A stretch of DNA of 57,164 nt from a virus (lineage: Duplodnaviria > Caudoviricetes). Both the position numbers and the translations under genes were made by a program. Position 1 is the stretch's first letter. Each line of letters starts with the position of its first letter. Of this stretch, positions 19,233-28,961 are shown one piece after another. The stretch is taken from the IMG/VR virus record IMGVR_UViG_3300004369_000017, positions 1 through 57,164 of that record; one strand, written 5' to 3'. The notes under the pieces are model-generated. The model saw only the letters and a list, made by a program, of their open reading frames with translations. It was not told the origin of the DNA and ran no database searches.

Positions 19233-20099
19233 TCAGTCTGATTCTTTCTTAGTTTTAGCTTTAGTTTTAGCCTTCGCCGGAACTGCTGATGTTACTACTT
19301 CCTCATCATCTTCGTAGACTACTTCTGGTATATAATTCCCGTCTTTATCGCGAGTATTGCCATTAATATCTACCTTCTCCCCCTTATCGTTAATTTTCCA
19401 CCCATCTTCAGATATAGGCTTTCCGTGAATATCAACAAGATGCCCCTCTTTATCTACTAGAGATAATTCTTTATTAACAAGATTGTGTTGTGTCAACCAC
19501 CTGTTTTCTGGGAGATTTGCCTCGAACTCAGAATCGATTCCGTGCAGCATTTCCGCAAGGGCTGAAGCACAGGCATAGCTCACTTCGTCGTCAGCACGAG
19601 AATCATAATCTGCTAAGTCTTTATACACTTTATCCCCGTTTTCCGTAAAACAACACTCAGCAACAAAGAAGTCAAATCTAGCGTTATTAGCTAATGATTC
19701 GGCTGAGTTTAATTCAAAGGAAGAGATATCGGTAAGATGTTTAGTTAGTTCGTATCTTTTTTGTCTGATTTTGATAGCCAAATCTCTACCTTCAGAAATT
19801 TTCATCGTTTTTCTTTTACCATCTCCCTTGTAAAGCTTGGTCTCCAACTCGAACAGCTCTTTCCTGATCTCATGTTCTTTCTTGTTTTGTTCGGTAGACC
19901 AGAAACCCCTCTCAATCAGCTTTTTACGTAACGCATCCTTAGTTGGAATATCGTCCATCACGCACTCATTCCACACCTTAGCTCTGTGTCTTTCTGCACG
20001 TCTAACAAGTTCGTTATTAGGCTTTTTAACAATATACTTCTCTATTACCTCTTTATCATCTACCTTCTTTTTTACTTCCACGGTTTTTTCAATAGCCAT
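19233..20099 (-). CDS. Probable tail assembly chaperone
   Basis: Charged helical protein immediately upstream of the tape measure gene. Resembles 20455..21495. Confidence 0.55.
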   Translation of the reverse strand: MAIEKTVEVKKKVDDKEVIEKYIVKKPNNELVRRAERHRAKVWNECVMDDIPTKDALRKKLIERGFWSTEQNKKEHEIRKELFELETKLYKGDGKRKTMKISEGRDLAIKIRQKRYELTKHLTDISSFELNSAESLANNARFDFFVAECCFTENGDKVYKDLADYDSRADDEVSYACASALAEMLHGIDSEFEANLPENRWLTQHNLVNKELSLVDKEGHLVDIHGKPISEDGWKINDKGEKVDINGNTRDKDGNYIPEVVYEDDEEVVTSAVPAKAKTKAKTKKESD

Positions 20100-20455
20100 T
20101 AGACTTTCTCCTTTTCCTCAATTTTCTGAAACGGGATTACAACCTGATACTTCATCCACTTTACTTTATACTGACCTAGTTCAACTTGAACATTTCTAAT
20201 CTGAGCGTTTCCTTTATCTAAGATTTCAGACCTTAGCTTATCAAAAACCCCCTTCATCATTTGTGACTGTTCATCGTCTCCATCCCATAAAAAACCAAGA
20301 TGTTCTTCTATGGAACTAAGAGAACCAACCATAGTAGTTCTCACTTTTTGAGCCATAATTTTCGACAAACGAGAGGCGGAATCCTCTTCATATTTCTCTT
20401 CTCTCTTTTTCTTATACTCAGACTTTTCTTGTCTCATAACGTTAAATTCATCCAT
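20099..20455 (-). CDS. Hypothetical protein (tail assembly region)
   Basis: 118-aa ORF with a TAATG overlap at each end and an AGGAGG RBS. Confidence 0.7.
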   Translation of the reverse strand: MDEFNVMRQEKSEYKKKREEKYEEDSASRLSKIMAQKVRTTMVGSLSSIEEHLGFLWDGDDEQSQMMKGVFDKLRSEILDKGNAQIRNVQVELGQYKVKWMKYQVVIPFQKIEEKEKV

Positions 20456-21495
20456 TATTTCCTCCTGTAGTGCTCTTTTGTAGCAGCCAGCGATTGTTCG
20501 CTGAGCTTAAGTTTCTGGTCAGGAAAATCATGTTGATATGCCTTCCCCTTCTCTCTTACCACTTTACCCCGTTCCGACTTTACTTTCTTGGCATGATCGC
20601 TATTCATGTCATGAATCTGTTTAGCGTGCTCTCTGCTATTAGCCATAATGTAAATTTCATCCGCACCCTTTATTTTTTCATTCTTAGTCATTGAATCAAA
20701 ATCTCTATCAGCTAAATCCTTCTCTCTTTTCTTTCTCTGGAAGATAAACCAACCATCTAGTAAAAGGTCATCGTCAATCACATCATGAGGTGGACAATCA
20801 ATCGACTCTTGTACATTATCGTAAATTCTCGACCATATAACTAAATTCTTCTGATCAACAGACATGTCCCTATCCCCGTTAATAAACAAAGGAGAAATCT
20901 CTTTCATTGTCCAGATAGATTTCCAAGGGTCAGACCTTGCTAATTCACGTACCTGTTTTTCAGTACAGAGTTGGTCATTATAAGCTTGATGCACTTGGGC
21001 GATTGAATGCTTCCGAAAGTCATAGGGGCTATTATCACTGGAAAAAGTACAAAGCTCAATAAAGCGTTCCGCTTTAGCAATTAGGGATAACCCCTCACAG
21101 GTGTTCTCAATATGTTGTGTTTTTTTACGATGAAGTATTTCAGACATGGCTTTTGCTCGCATTACGTTATTACGCATAGTCTTTACGAGTGTTTTATCAT
21201 GCCTGTTAGAGTAGGCATCAAGCCTATACTTCTCCAAATCAGTAACAAGTTCTTTTTCCTTCAAGTCGTCTTCGATAGTCCATATCTCCTTCTCCCTCAT
21301 CCACTCTTCCATCTCCCTCTCTGTAATTAACCCCTCTTCAAGAGATTCATTATAAGAGTTGTTATAAGCAAGATTAATCTGATAGTTGTCGTCAATAGTA
21401 GGTGGCAATACAAATAGGCTGTCTCCACTAATACTAATACGCACCTTACCAGTTCTAATCTTAGATACAAAAAACTCTCGAATATGAAAATCCAT
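20455..21495 (-). CDS. Probable tail assembly chaperone
   Basis: 346-aa charged helical protein between the tail tube and tape measure genes. Its N-terminal half resembles 19233..20099. Confidence 0.5.
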   Translation of the reverse strand: MDFHIREFFVSKIRTGKVRISISGDSLFVLPPTIDDNYQINLAYNNSYNESLEEGLITEREMEEWMREKEIWTIEDDLKEKELVTDLEKYRLDAYSNRHDKTLVKTMRNNVMRAKAMSEILHRKKTQHIENTCEGLSLIAKAERFIELCTFSSDNSPYDFRKHSIAQVHQAYNDQLCTEKQVRELARSDPWKSIWTMKEISPLFINGDRDMSVDQKNLVIWSRIYDNVQESIDCPPHDVIDDDLLLDGWFIFQRKKREKDLADRDFDSMTKNEKIKGADEIYIMANSREHAKQIHDMNSDHAKKVKSERGKVVREKGKAYQHDFPDQKLKLSEQSLAATKEHYRRK

Positions 21496-21533
21496 TACGA
21501 ACCTGCATATCGAGAGTATTTGTTGTATTGCAT
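21495..21533 (-). CDS. 12-aa minigene (MQYNKYSRYAGS)
   Basis: AGGAAAGGA RBS upstream. Its TAA overlaps the next gene's ATG (TAATG). Confidence 0.4.
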   Translation of the reverse strand: MQYNKYSRYAGS

Positions 21534-21549
21534 TTTTATTCCTTTCCTG

Positions 21550-21630
21550 ACGTAGCGGAACACTCGCCCTATCCTATTTTTGCTATCGCGGTCCGCTACG
21601 TAGATCCTCTAGTGACCACCACTCACTAGA
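21550..21630 (-). promoter_or_regulatory. Two intergenic stem-loops after the tail tube gene
   Basis: Perfect inverted repeats TCTAGTGA/TCACTAGA (21608-21630) and ACGTAGCGGA/TCCGCTACGT (21550-21601). No U-tract follows. Confidence 0.55.
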
Positions 21631-22731
21631 TTAGCTATTTGCTCCAAAGCCAACAAGGTTATGGGTCGCATGTTGAACGTCCAATGAATTGAAGTTAGAA
21701 TAACTATATCTGGTTGTCACATTTCCACCACCAGCATCACCACCACCGTAGGTAACTGATGTTAGACGGTTCTTACTACCAAGGTCGAAGGCAATATCAG
21801 CTCGCAACTTAATGAAGATGCTCTCTTCTTGAGTGTTGTTACCTTCTTGGGGGGTTCCAACAAGTGCTGGATCACCATTTTCATAAGCACTCACAAAGTG
21901 ACCAGAAGTTGAAATAGCTTCGATGTCGCAAGTAACTTCCACCGGAAAACCAGCTGGGCGATAGTAAGGATTCTTGCTACCAAGTTCCATCACATCCTCA
22001 CGTGAGAAGTCAGTACTAATAGCAATAGATTGAATGTGAACAAGGTTTGTTCCGCCAACTTTACCATTACCAACGCCGTTACCAGCAACCCCCTTAATAG
22101 ATACTGGAAGAATGCAGTCTTCAATCATAACATCTTCACGTCTTTGGATACCGCCACTGCCCAATTCTTGTAGAGCCAGAGGTGAGTCTAAACCGTCAAA
22201 GTCAGCAACAGCAGCGGCGATTGTTTTACGCGTCACAGCAGTATCGCCAGTTAGCCAGTTTTTATGGTTTCCAACCAAAGTAATAGACTCGGTTGAGTTT
22301 CCATCAACTGGAATATTGTAAGACACAGAGCCTACATACATGCCAGAGCAGTAAATCTCAACTTCGGCGTCACCACCAGCAGCAACGTTGTTTTGCGTTT
22401 CGTCGAAGATACCAATGCGAACATCGCATCGCTGCTTAGAACGAGCTACGATACCATTTGGACCGGCTCCAACGCCAGTAGTAGCCATATGATATAGTAG
22501 TGGGTATCCATCGATCAGCTTTTCGATTGTCACTTCAACATCTGGCGTACCATCGATATTTTCATAAATCTCAATCTGAGACAGCTCAAAAGCTTGTTCT
22601 GGATTGAAAGAAACGGTGCTAGATACACTTTGAGCGCCGTGTACCATATCTCCGGTACTTATTGATTCATCGCCGTGATTTGTAATAGCCACAGACTGAC
22701 CGGCGTAAAAGATTCTATTATTATTAGACAT
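21631..22731 (-). CDS. Probable major tail tube protein
   Basis: 366 aa with a strong AGGAG RBS and its own late-motif promoter. Two related halves ('QSVSSTVSFNPEQAFELSQ' and 'QSIAISTDFSREDVMELGS'). Lies between neck genes and chaperones/tape measure. Confidence 0.7.
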   Translation of the reverse strand: MSNNNRIFYAGQSVAITNHGDESISTGDMVHGAQSVSSTVSFNPEQAFELSQIEIYENIDGTPDVEVTIEKLIDGYPLLYHMATTGVGAGPNGIVARSKQRCDVRIGIFDETQNNVAAGGDAEVEIYCSGMYVGSVSYNIPVDGNSTESITLVGNHKNWLTGDTAVTRKTIAAAVADFDGLDSPLALQELGSGGIQRREDVMIEDCILPVSIKGVAGNGVGNGKVGGTNLVHIQSIAISTDFSREDVMELGSKNPYYRPAGFPVEVTCDIEAISTSGHFVSAYENGDPALVGTPQEGNNTQEESIFIKLRADIAFDLGSKNRLTSVTYGGGDAGGGNVTTRYSYSNFNSLDVQHATHNLVGFGANS

Positions 22732-22761
22732 TTGAACTCTCCTTTGTAAAAGATTACTAAC

Positions 22762-22777
22762 TTTTTATACACAAAAA
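22762..22777 (-). promoter_or_regulatory. Putative late promoter motif TTTTTGTGTATAA
   Basis: Intergenic, about 35 bp upstream of the tail tube start. The same motif recurs before other late genes. Confidence 0.6.
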
Positions 22778-22779
22778 GC

Positions 22780-23751
22780 TTAGATATTTGTTTTAACGCC
22801 CTCTGTAGTTATTCTCACTGAACCTGCATAAATGTTAGAATTGATCTCTACCATTTCCTGAGTTCTCGTGTCGGTGAGTTTTATTCTCCCGCCAAAGTGA
22901 TTATTAACTAGATCAGGGTATCTCATAGCTCCAGAAACAACAGCACCGTAGTTATCTATAGGTGAATCTCCAGAGTTGACTATTTTATTATTATCAAACA
23001 AACTAATACTGCTGTCGCTTTGCAGTGACACAATATCAATAAGTTTTTCCCTTGTGCTATTATCTTCCCCGATACAGTGGAACAGCATATCTGTATAGAC
23101 CCACTGACCACCTCCTAATCCATAAGGTTTAAATTTTCTTACTGGAACTATTTCAATAGCTATAGTAGGCAACTCTACAGTAGAGTCTCTAGTCTTACCC
23201 CATCTAACGGAATCCTGATCTAGGAAATCGTCATCTGGCTGCATGTTATTTTGCATCAACTCTTTAAGCCAAGGGATGGTATGAGCGTAACACACATTAA
23301 TCCACTTATAGCTATGTTCAGCCTGTACTTTTGATCCAGTCGGAATAGCTGTATCAAAGATGATCAATCCACTATCGTGGTCGACATAATGGGAGAAATC
23401 TCCCACTGTGTCGTTTGGGTAAAACACGTCATCAACATATACTCCAGAGACACCCGGCACTGTATTGTTAGTACCTACAAGAGGGGGTGGTCCATCGGAG
23501 TAAGTGACACCGCTTTGCCACACCCAATTCTTCCTGAATCCAGCCCATACTTTACCATTGTCCACACCTTTAATCTTCTGCATTCTCAGGCGACTAAGGT
23601 CGTCTCCGTCTGGAGAAAGATCGTTCAGGTATACGTTGAAATAGTTACCCTTGTTTAATAGGCTCCAATTGAAGTACTCCACTACAGAGTCTTCTATGTC
23701 AGTGCTTAACGTCGCGTTATGTACGCTTGTGAAACCTTTTAGTTCTGACAT
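22780..23751 (-). CDS. Probable tail terminator/neck protein
   Basis: Immediately upstream of the tail tube gene. C-terminal 'LPTIAIEIV...PYGLGGG' segment is terminator-like. Confidence 0.5.
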   Translation of the reverse strand: MSELKGFTSVHNATLSTDIEDSVVEYFNWSLLNKGNYFNVYLNDLSPDGDDLSRLRMQKIKGVDNGKVWAGFRKNWVWQSGVTYSDGPPPLVGTNNTVPGVSGVYVDDVFYPNDTVGDFSHYVDHDSGLIIFDTAIPTGSKVQAEHSYKWINVCYAHTIPWLKELMQNNMQPDDDFLDQDSVRWGKTRDSTVELPTIAIEIVPVRKFKPYGLGGGQWVYTDMLFHCIGEDNSTREKLIDIVSLQSDSSISLFDNNKIVNSGDSPIDNYGAVVSGAMRYPDLVNNHFGGRIKLTDTRTQEMVEINSNIYAGSVRITTEGVKTNI

Positions 23752-23752
23752 T

Positions 23753-24385
23753 TTAAGCCTTTAGTAACAGGGGAAGTAGAGCGGTGATTACCTTTTCCCT
23801 ACCTGAGAAAAGTCTAGTAACGAAGTTGTCTTTTGATGTTCCTGAAAATTCAGGTGGAACTCTCCAAGCTAGTCCTTGTTGCATTGTGCCACCACCAGAC
23901 CGCCCATTTCCCACATTGGGAAAGTAGTGATATCCCACAACAATAATGGAATCACCTCTTTTTAAGAGCCATTCTAGCCAATTGACCTGAATGTTATTTT
24001 TCAGGTTTAGATAAGTGCTATTCATTTTTAGTAAATTCGCAAAATCCACTGGCTGAAAATTAAAAGCAACACTACCTGTAAAATTTGTACCAAAAGGGGT
24101 AACAATTACTTCGGTGGCGTCTATGATAGCTTTAGTTAGTTCGTCTACGAATTTTACCGCTTGCCCCGGCAATAAACCGAATTGAGCATTTAGCGAGCCG
24201 GGAACGCCCTCTTTTAACATACTCTCTATTTCAGGCTGTGACACTACCCAATTAGGTATGGATCGAAACAACTTATCTGTGACAGATTTTTTGTTCTTCT
24301 TAACTCTAGCATTCAAAACTTTAGCGGTAGCTTTAGCTATCTTATCTTCTACGGACTTAACCGTGTCAGTAAGTATGATTGCCAT
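23753..24385 (-). CDS. Neck/tail-completion region protein
   Basis: Start moved to ATG 24385 (MAIIL), which overlaps the upstream stop. Assigned by gene order. Confidence 0.5.
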   Translation of the reverse strand: MAIILTDTVKSVEDKIAKATAKVLNARVKKNKKSVTDKLFRSIPNWVVSQPEIESMLKEGVPGSLNAQFGLLPGQAVKFVDELTKAIIDATEVIVTPFGTNFTGSVAFNFQPVDFANLLKMNSTYLNLKNNIQVNWLEWLLKRGDSIIVVGYHYFPNVGNGRSGGGTMQQGLAWRVPPEFSGTSKDNFVTRLFSGREKVITALLPLLLKA

Positions 24386-24864
24386 TATGCACGCTCCCAA
24401 AAACAACCAAAGTATCTCTCTTGACGCAATCCCATTGGAAAAGGCTCACCGGCTCTCACAAAACGCATTTCAGTTACATCCTTAATTCCCTTATGTACAA
24501 TCAAAGCCTTGGCTTTAGATATGTCAATCAGGTCAGTAGCAAAGAATATAGTTTGAATTGAATTAGATGGAACAACCATGTTATTGGAAACTTTGGTAAA
24601 ATCCTTCTGATCCCAATAGACCTTAAGCTTAATGTCTTGTAAGACTTCCTGTTGAGTAACAGTTTTGCCGCCCTTATTGAACTGCTTCTGCTTCTTTTTA
24701 TGAGCGTTAATGGAATTGTTCACAGGTACATTACTCGCAGCACTAGAGTCAACTTCGACGCTCTCCACCATTACCAACTGACACGTGACACCAAATATGT
24801 CAAATGTCGAATCGACAACATCGAAGTACTTATCGAATACTGATTCTGGAATGCTAACGGGCAT
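24385..24864 (-). CDS. Probable head-closure (stopper) protein
   Basis: 159-aa beta-rich protein in the neck gene position. Confidence 0.45.
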   Translation of the reverse strand: MPVSIPESVFDKYFDVVDSTFDIFGVTCQLVMVESVEVDSSAASNVPVNNSINAHKKKQKQFNKGGKTVTQQEVLQDIKLKVYWDQKDFTKVSNNMVVPSNSIQTIFFATDLIDISKAKALIVHKGIKDVTEMRFVRAGEPFPMGLRQERYFGCFWERA

Positions 24865-25061
24865 TATACTTCTACTCCATTAGGACCGCCCCCATAATGA
24901 TAGAGAAATCTATCGTCCCACATGCTGTTCATTTCGCCAGATGTCATCACAACGTTTTCAGGAGGTGAAATCGTTTTAGTATCAGCTCCACCCGCTACAC
25001 TAACAACAATCCTACCATTCTGTATATCATTAGAATCAATAGCCTTAACATATATAGCCAT
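24864..25061 (-). CDS. Small hypothetical virion-cluster protein
   Basis: 65 aa, GGAG RBS, TAATG-coupled to the next gene. Confidence 0.65.
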   Translation of the reverse strand: MAIYVKAIDSNDIQNGRIVVSVAGGADTKTISPPENVVMTSGEMNSMWDDRFLYHYGGGPNGVEV

Positions 25062-25084
25062 TTATTTTCTCCAAACTTAATTTT

Positions 25085-28000
25085 TTAAGGAATTTCTATC
25101 ATAGCACCAGAGAACCAAACTGAGCCATCTGAGACTAAAATACTATCTCCAGCGAACAGGAGAACGCCTTCGTTAGTAGTGGCAGATACAGCAGCAGTAG
25201 CTGCTGATACATTGGCAAAAGAAGGAATTCTTAGGAAGCCATTTTTATTGATAACTGCATTCCTACCAGTGCTGAACGGAGAAGCTCCCGTCTGTGCTAC
25301 CATCATATCGACAGTAGGAGCTGATTGACCATGCAACAGATTCAGTACGTTTTGATCTGTTTGAGCTGGCTTAATAGAAAGAGTGGCAGTGTCACTAAGG
25401 TCTTTGCTATCACCAATTCTTGTGTATCTGTGATCAGTTGAGTAAGCAACAATAGTGTCGTTCAGGTTAATAATATTGTTAACCAACCCGGTTTGTTTTC
25501 CAGAACCTAAGATTATATTGTTACTACCACCAATTCCACTGCCAACATTTTTACCCAAGAAGATATTATAAGCACCGCTACTAACAGCTCCAGCATCGCT
25601 ACCAATAATTATTGAGTCAGAAATATTTCCGAGTATGTCGTATGCAGCCTGATGCCCAGTAATAAAAGAGTTAGTAATTACTCTATGAACACTATTCCAA
25701 TTATTGTCATCTTTGAACGCTGCATAGTAGCCAATTACAACAGATTTGTTGATAGTATATTCTTTATCGTTTGTAAATGAGTTGTTCCAATCGTAAGAAC
25801 CAGCTCGCTTACCAAATATGATTGACCCGTCTACGTTATTTGTGTTATAACCAGCCTCTTCTCCGATGAAGATGGCGTTAACTAGATTGGAATTTACGGC
25901 TCTATTGTCGTTATTCAGAGACCTACCTTTTGCGGCAGCTCTACTACCCAAAGCCACTACGCCGGACAGAGCGTGTGGGTAAGTGGTAGAATAATAGCCC
26001 ATGTTAGAACCGGCTTCGTGGCCAATTAAGTTTGAAAGATCGGTCTTAGAGGTGTATCCTGATTTATAGCCAATAAAGTTACTATAGCCATCTCCAGACG
26101 CTCTGTATCCAGCGTTGAAGCCAATGAATAAGTTATAATCAAGATTGTTTACTTGGTATCCAGCCTGACTACCTATGCCGATAGTGTCAACAACGCCGCT
26201 GACTTGATACATAGATTGGTAACCCATAGCAATATTTCGGATTGAATTAACCGACCCTCTTAAAACGTCATACCCTAAACCGATATCGTAATCAACTCCG
26301 CTAGAACTATACATTGATCCATAACCGATAGATATGCTAGAAGAGACATCACTGCTCTGATATAAAGAGTATTGACCTAAACCTAAACTAGAAGAGACAT
26401 CACTGCTCTGATATAAAGAGTATTGACCTAAACCTAAAGATGAATTAACTTTATAACACCCTTGGCCAGCTTGCATACCAACGAACACAGTGCCAGTAGA
26501 ATAAACAGATTCCTTACCAGCAAAGTGACCAATACCAACTGTGCGATAACACTCATCAGCAAAACCCAACGCTTGATCACCAATGCCAACGCATCCGTCA
26601 TTTCCACTAGCCTGCAATCCAGCAGCCGGGCCAACAAACACTCCACCATTTGTTTCAGAAGCAGCTTGCGCAGCATTGTATCCGATAGCAACGGTTTCTG
26701 ACATATCGCCAGTAGTGCCGTTTCCAGACAACCTACCAATAAACACCCCATTAACACCATCTGTATTTGCACTCGATCCCAAACTGACAGGATCGGAAAT
26801 GCCGTAGCTACGAATGTTAGAGAAGTAACCAATGCCACTGGTATGATAAGAGCTACCGTTTACCATTAGTCCAGTACCGGCTGACAGGCTCGTACCACCC
26901 GCTGCCGCCCAACCAGAGACATCAGTGATCTGAGACTGCAAATCAGTAGTGACTGTTCCGGCCCACCCAGAGATGGCTACCCCACTAGCTGAGTTAGCTA
27001 GAATATTTGTATTGATCAAAGTGATATCAGACTGAATACTTTCAGCACTGATGATCATGTTATCATCTGCGGCGTCGTAGAAGGTATTGATACCGCTCAC
27101 ACCACTGATCGTTACAGTGTTGTTTGTGATAGTCTCGGTATTATCCAGCATGTCAGAAAGAATCCAACCATTACCAGCGTCAAAAGACACACCATCTGTG
27201 TAAGCCTTAGCGTAACCAGACACAGCGTCAATCAGCGTGTCTAGAACTTCACCAGAAGCATCAATTGTGTAAGCAGCCCATCCTGAGATAGCCACTCCAC
27301 TAGCTGAGTTAGCAAGAATGGCGTTATCATGATAAATGATGTCCAGAGTGTTGATATCAGTTTCATTTTCCAGAGCATTAAATTCACCTTGCAGGTATCC
27401 AGAGATAGCTACGCCGCTGGCTGAGTTTGCAAGAATAGCTGCTGAATTGTCATTACCAGAAACCTCTAGATTACCAATCAATACAGATGGATTAATCAAC
27501 ATTGTCTTGACAGCACCATTAGTGCTCACAGACACGCTAACGCCGCTGATACCGCTGATAGCAAGAGTATCAGCTTGAAGGATATTTGTCGTTATGGCGT
27601 CGTTTCCAGCCACCTTAAACACATCTGCGATATTAATCTCAATCCCATTGTGAATTTCAAGACCACTACCGGCATGATAAGCTCCACTGATAACTGAAGA
27701 ATCGTCAAAGATCACAGAAGGAACATCAATAGCTTGAGTACTTGTCCAAGCATCTGTAGCATCTCTCCAAGTGAACTTCTTATCAGAATCTGTAGACTTG
27801 ATCACGATACCGGCATCGTCAATTTGACTATCATCTAGAGTAGCATTACCACTCACGGAAGCTAGCTCAATCTGATGATCAGCGATTGTAACAGTTGTAC
27901 TGTCTACATATGTAAAATTGCCCTTAACATTTAATGTACCACCAACGATTACATCTCCACCAGTGATAATTTGACCACTGATTGTAGCATCACCATTAAC

Positions 28001-28945
28001 ATCAAGTTCTACTGTGGGAGTTTTCTTATTTACACCAAGATAGTTATTAGCTTTATCCCACACAAAGTATGGATCATGATCCATAACGCCACTGTCCGCC
28101 CAGAATCCTACGCCACTTTCCATACCAGAAGCTGTGTAAGCATCTGGCTCTTGGGTTAAGTACATATGAGAGAGGGAAGGGAGATCATCATCTGTGATAG
28201 CTCGAAACGACGGATAGTCGGGGGCACACGCACCAGAAGGATTGCATCCAGAAGGTGGACCAGAGAAGAATAGTCCAGCGTTTTGCTCTTGGAATTTAAT
28301 AATCTGATTAGACACACCACTTAACTCAAGCACAGCATCTGTACCAGTGGTTGCATCTAGGGCGTTTTCAGTGTACGCTGTAAGTTGGACGGCATTCGAA
28401 AAGGTTACACCAGAAGAACCAACGATCAGACCAGATACGCGAATGCTAGACTCGGTTGCTTCTCCACCAATATCAATTGTGTAAGTAGGAGCCGCATTGT
28501 TAATACCGAGGCGAGTGTTGTCTTTGTCCCAAACAACATTTGAGTCGTAATTCAGAAGTTGATTACTGCCCCAAAATGCTAAACCGCTAGCGTCTGGCTC
28601 ATCAAAACCATCAAGCCCACCCGCTGTCATCACTGCGTATTTACCGGGATATGTTACATATACTTCCTTAACTCCATTTGGGAAGTTTACGATATTATCA
28701 CTGTTAGAACTCTTGTGTGGGAATCTAGTCAGTGCATCGGTAGACCCATCCAGAATATACTGACCAGAGCCTACTTCGTAGTTAATTCCGTCAGTCACCG
28801 CATAGAATACAGCGTCGTTATATGTGTACGAATCAGCAAACGAACTAAAACCTGTAGCAGCTCCATCCAACTGAAGGTTTCCACTTCCAGTGGTGCGGCT
28901 AAGCTCTTTTACTCTGTCAGCCAGTACGATAATGTGTTCAGACAT
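25085..28945 (-). CDS. Fibre protein with Gly-rich beta-roll repeats
   Basis: 1286 aa. N-terminal 'LADRVKE..TTG.G...L.GA..GF..F' phage fibre module, three ILANSASGVAISG repeats, and many (I/V)GxxAG repeats like those of trimeric autotransporter heads. Confidence 0.75.
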   Translation of the reverse strand: MSEHIIVLADRVKELSRTTGSGNLQLDGAATGFSSFADSYTYNDAVFYAVTDGINYEVGSGQYILDGSTDALTRFPHKSSNSDNIVNFPNGVKEVYVTYPGKYAVMTAGGLDGFDEPDASGLAFWGSNQLLNYDSNVVWDKDNTRLGINNAAPTYTIDIGGEATESSIRVSGLIVGSSGVTFSNAVQLTAYTENALDATTGTDAVLELSGVSNQIIKFQEQNAGLFFSGPPSGCNPSGACAPDYPSFRAITDDDLPSLSHMYLTQEPDAYTASGMESGVGFWADSGVMDHDPYFVWDKANNYLGVNKKTPTVELDVNGDATISGQIITGGDVIVGGTLNVKGNFTYVDSTTVTIADHQIELASVSGNATLDDSQIDDAGIVIKSTDSDKKFTWRDATDAWTSTQAIDVPSVIFDDSSVISGAYHAGSGLEIHNGIEINIADVFKVAGNDAITTNILQADTLAISGISGVSVSVSTNGAVKTMLINPSVLIGNLEVSGNDNSAAILANSASGVAISGYLQGEFNALENETDINTLDIIYHDNAILANSASGVAISGWAAYTIDASGEVLDTLIDAVSGYAKAYTDGVSFDAGNGWILSDMLDNTETITNNTVTISGVSGINTFYDAADDNMIISAESIQSDITLINTNILANSASGVAISGWAGTVTTDLQSQITDVSGWAAAGGTSLSAGTGLMVNGSSYHTSGIGYFSNIRSYGISDPVSLGSSANTDGVNGVFIGRLSGNGTTGDMSETVAIGYNAAQAASETNGGVFVGPAAGLQASGNDGCVGIGDQALGFADECYRTVGIGHFAGKESVYSTGTVFVGMQAGQGCYKVNSSLGLGQYSLYQSSDVSSSLGLGQYSLYQSSDVSSSISIGYGSMYSSSGVDYDIGLGYDVLRGSVNSIRNIAMGYQSMYQVSGVVDTIGIGSQAGYQVNNLDYNLFIGFNAGYRASGDGYSNFIGYKSGYTSKTDLSNLIGHEAGSNMGYYSTTYPHALSGVVALGSRAAAKGRSLNNDNRAVNSNLVNAIFIGEEAGYNTNNVDGSIIFGKRAGSYDWNNSFTNDKEYTINKSVVIGYYAAFKDDNNWNSVHRVITNSFITGHQAAYDILGNISDSIIIGSDAGAVSSGAYNIFLGKNVGSGIGGSNNIILGSGKQTGLVNNIINLNDTIVAYSTDHRYTRIGDSKDLSDTATLSIKPAQTDQNVLNLLHGQSAPTVDMMVAQTGASPFSTGRNAVINKNGFLRIPSFANVSAATAAVSATTNEGVLLFAGDSILVSDGSVWFSGAMIEIP
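26337..26438. repeat. Perfect 51-bp tandem duplication inside the fibre gene
   Basis: 26337-26387 is identical to 26388-26438, encoding the 17-aa SSLGLGQYSLYQSSDVS unit twice. Confidence 0.95.
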
Positions 28946-28961
28946 GTATATGATCTCTCAA

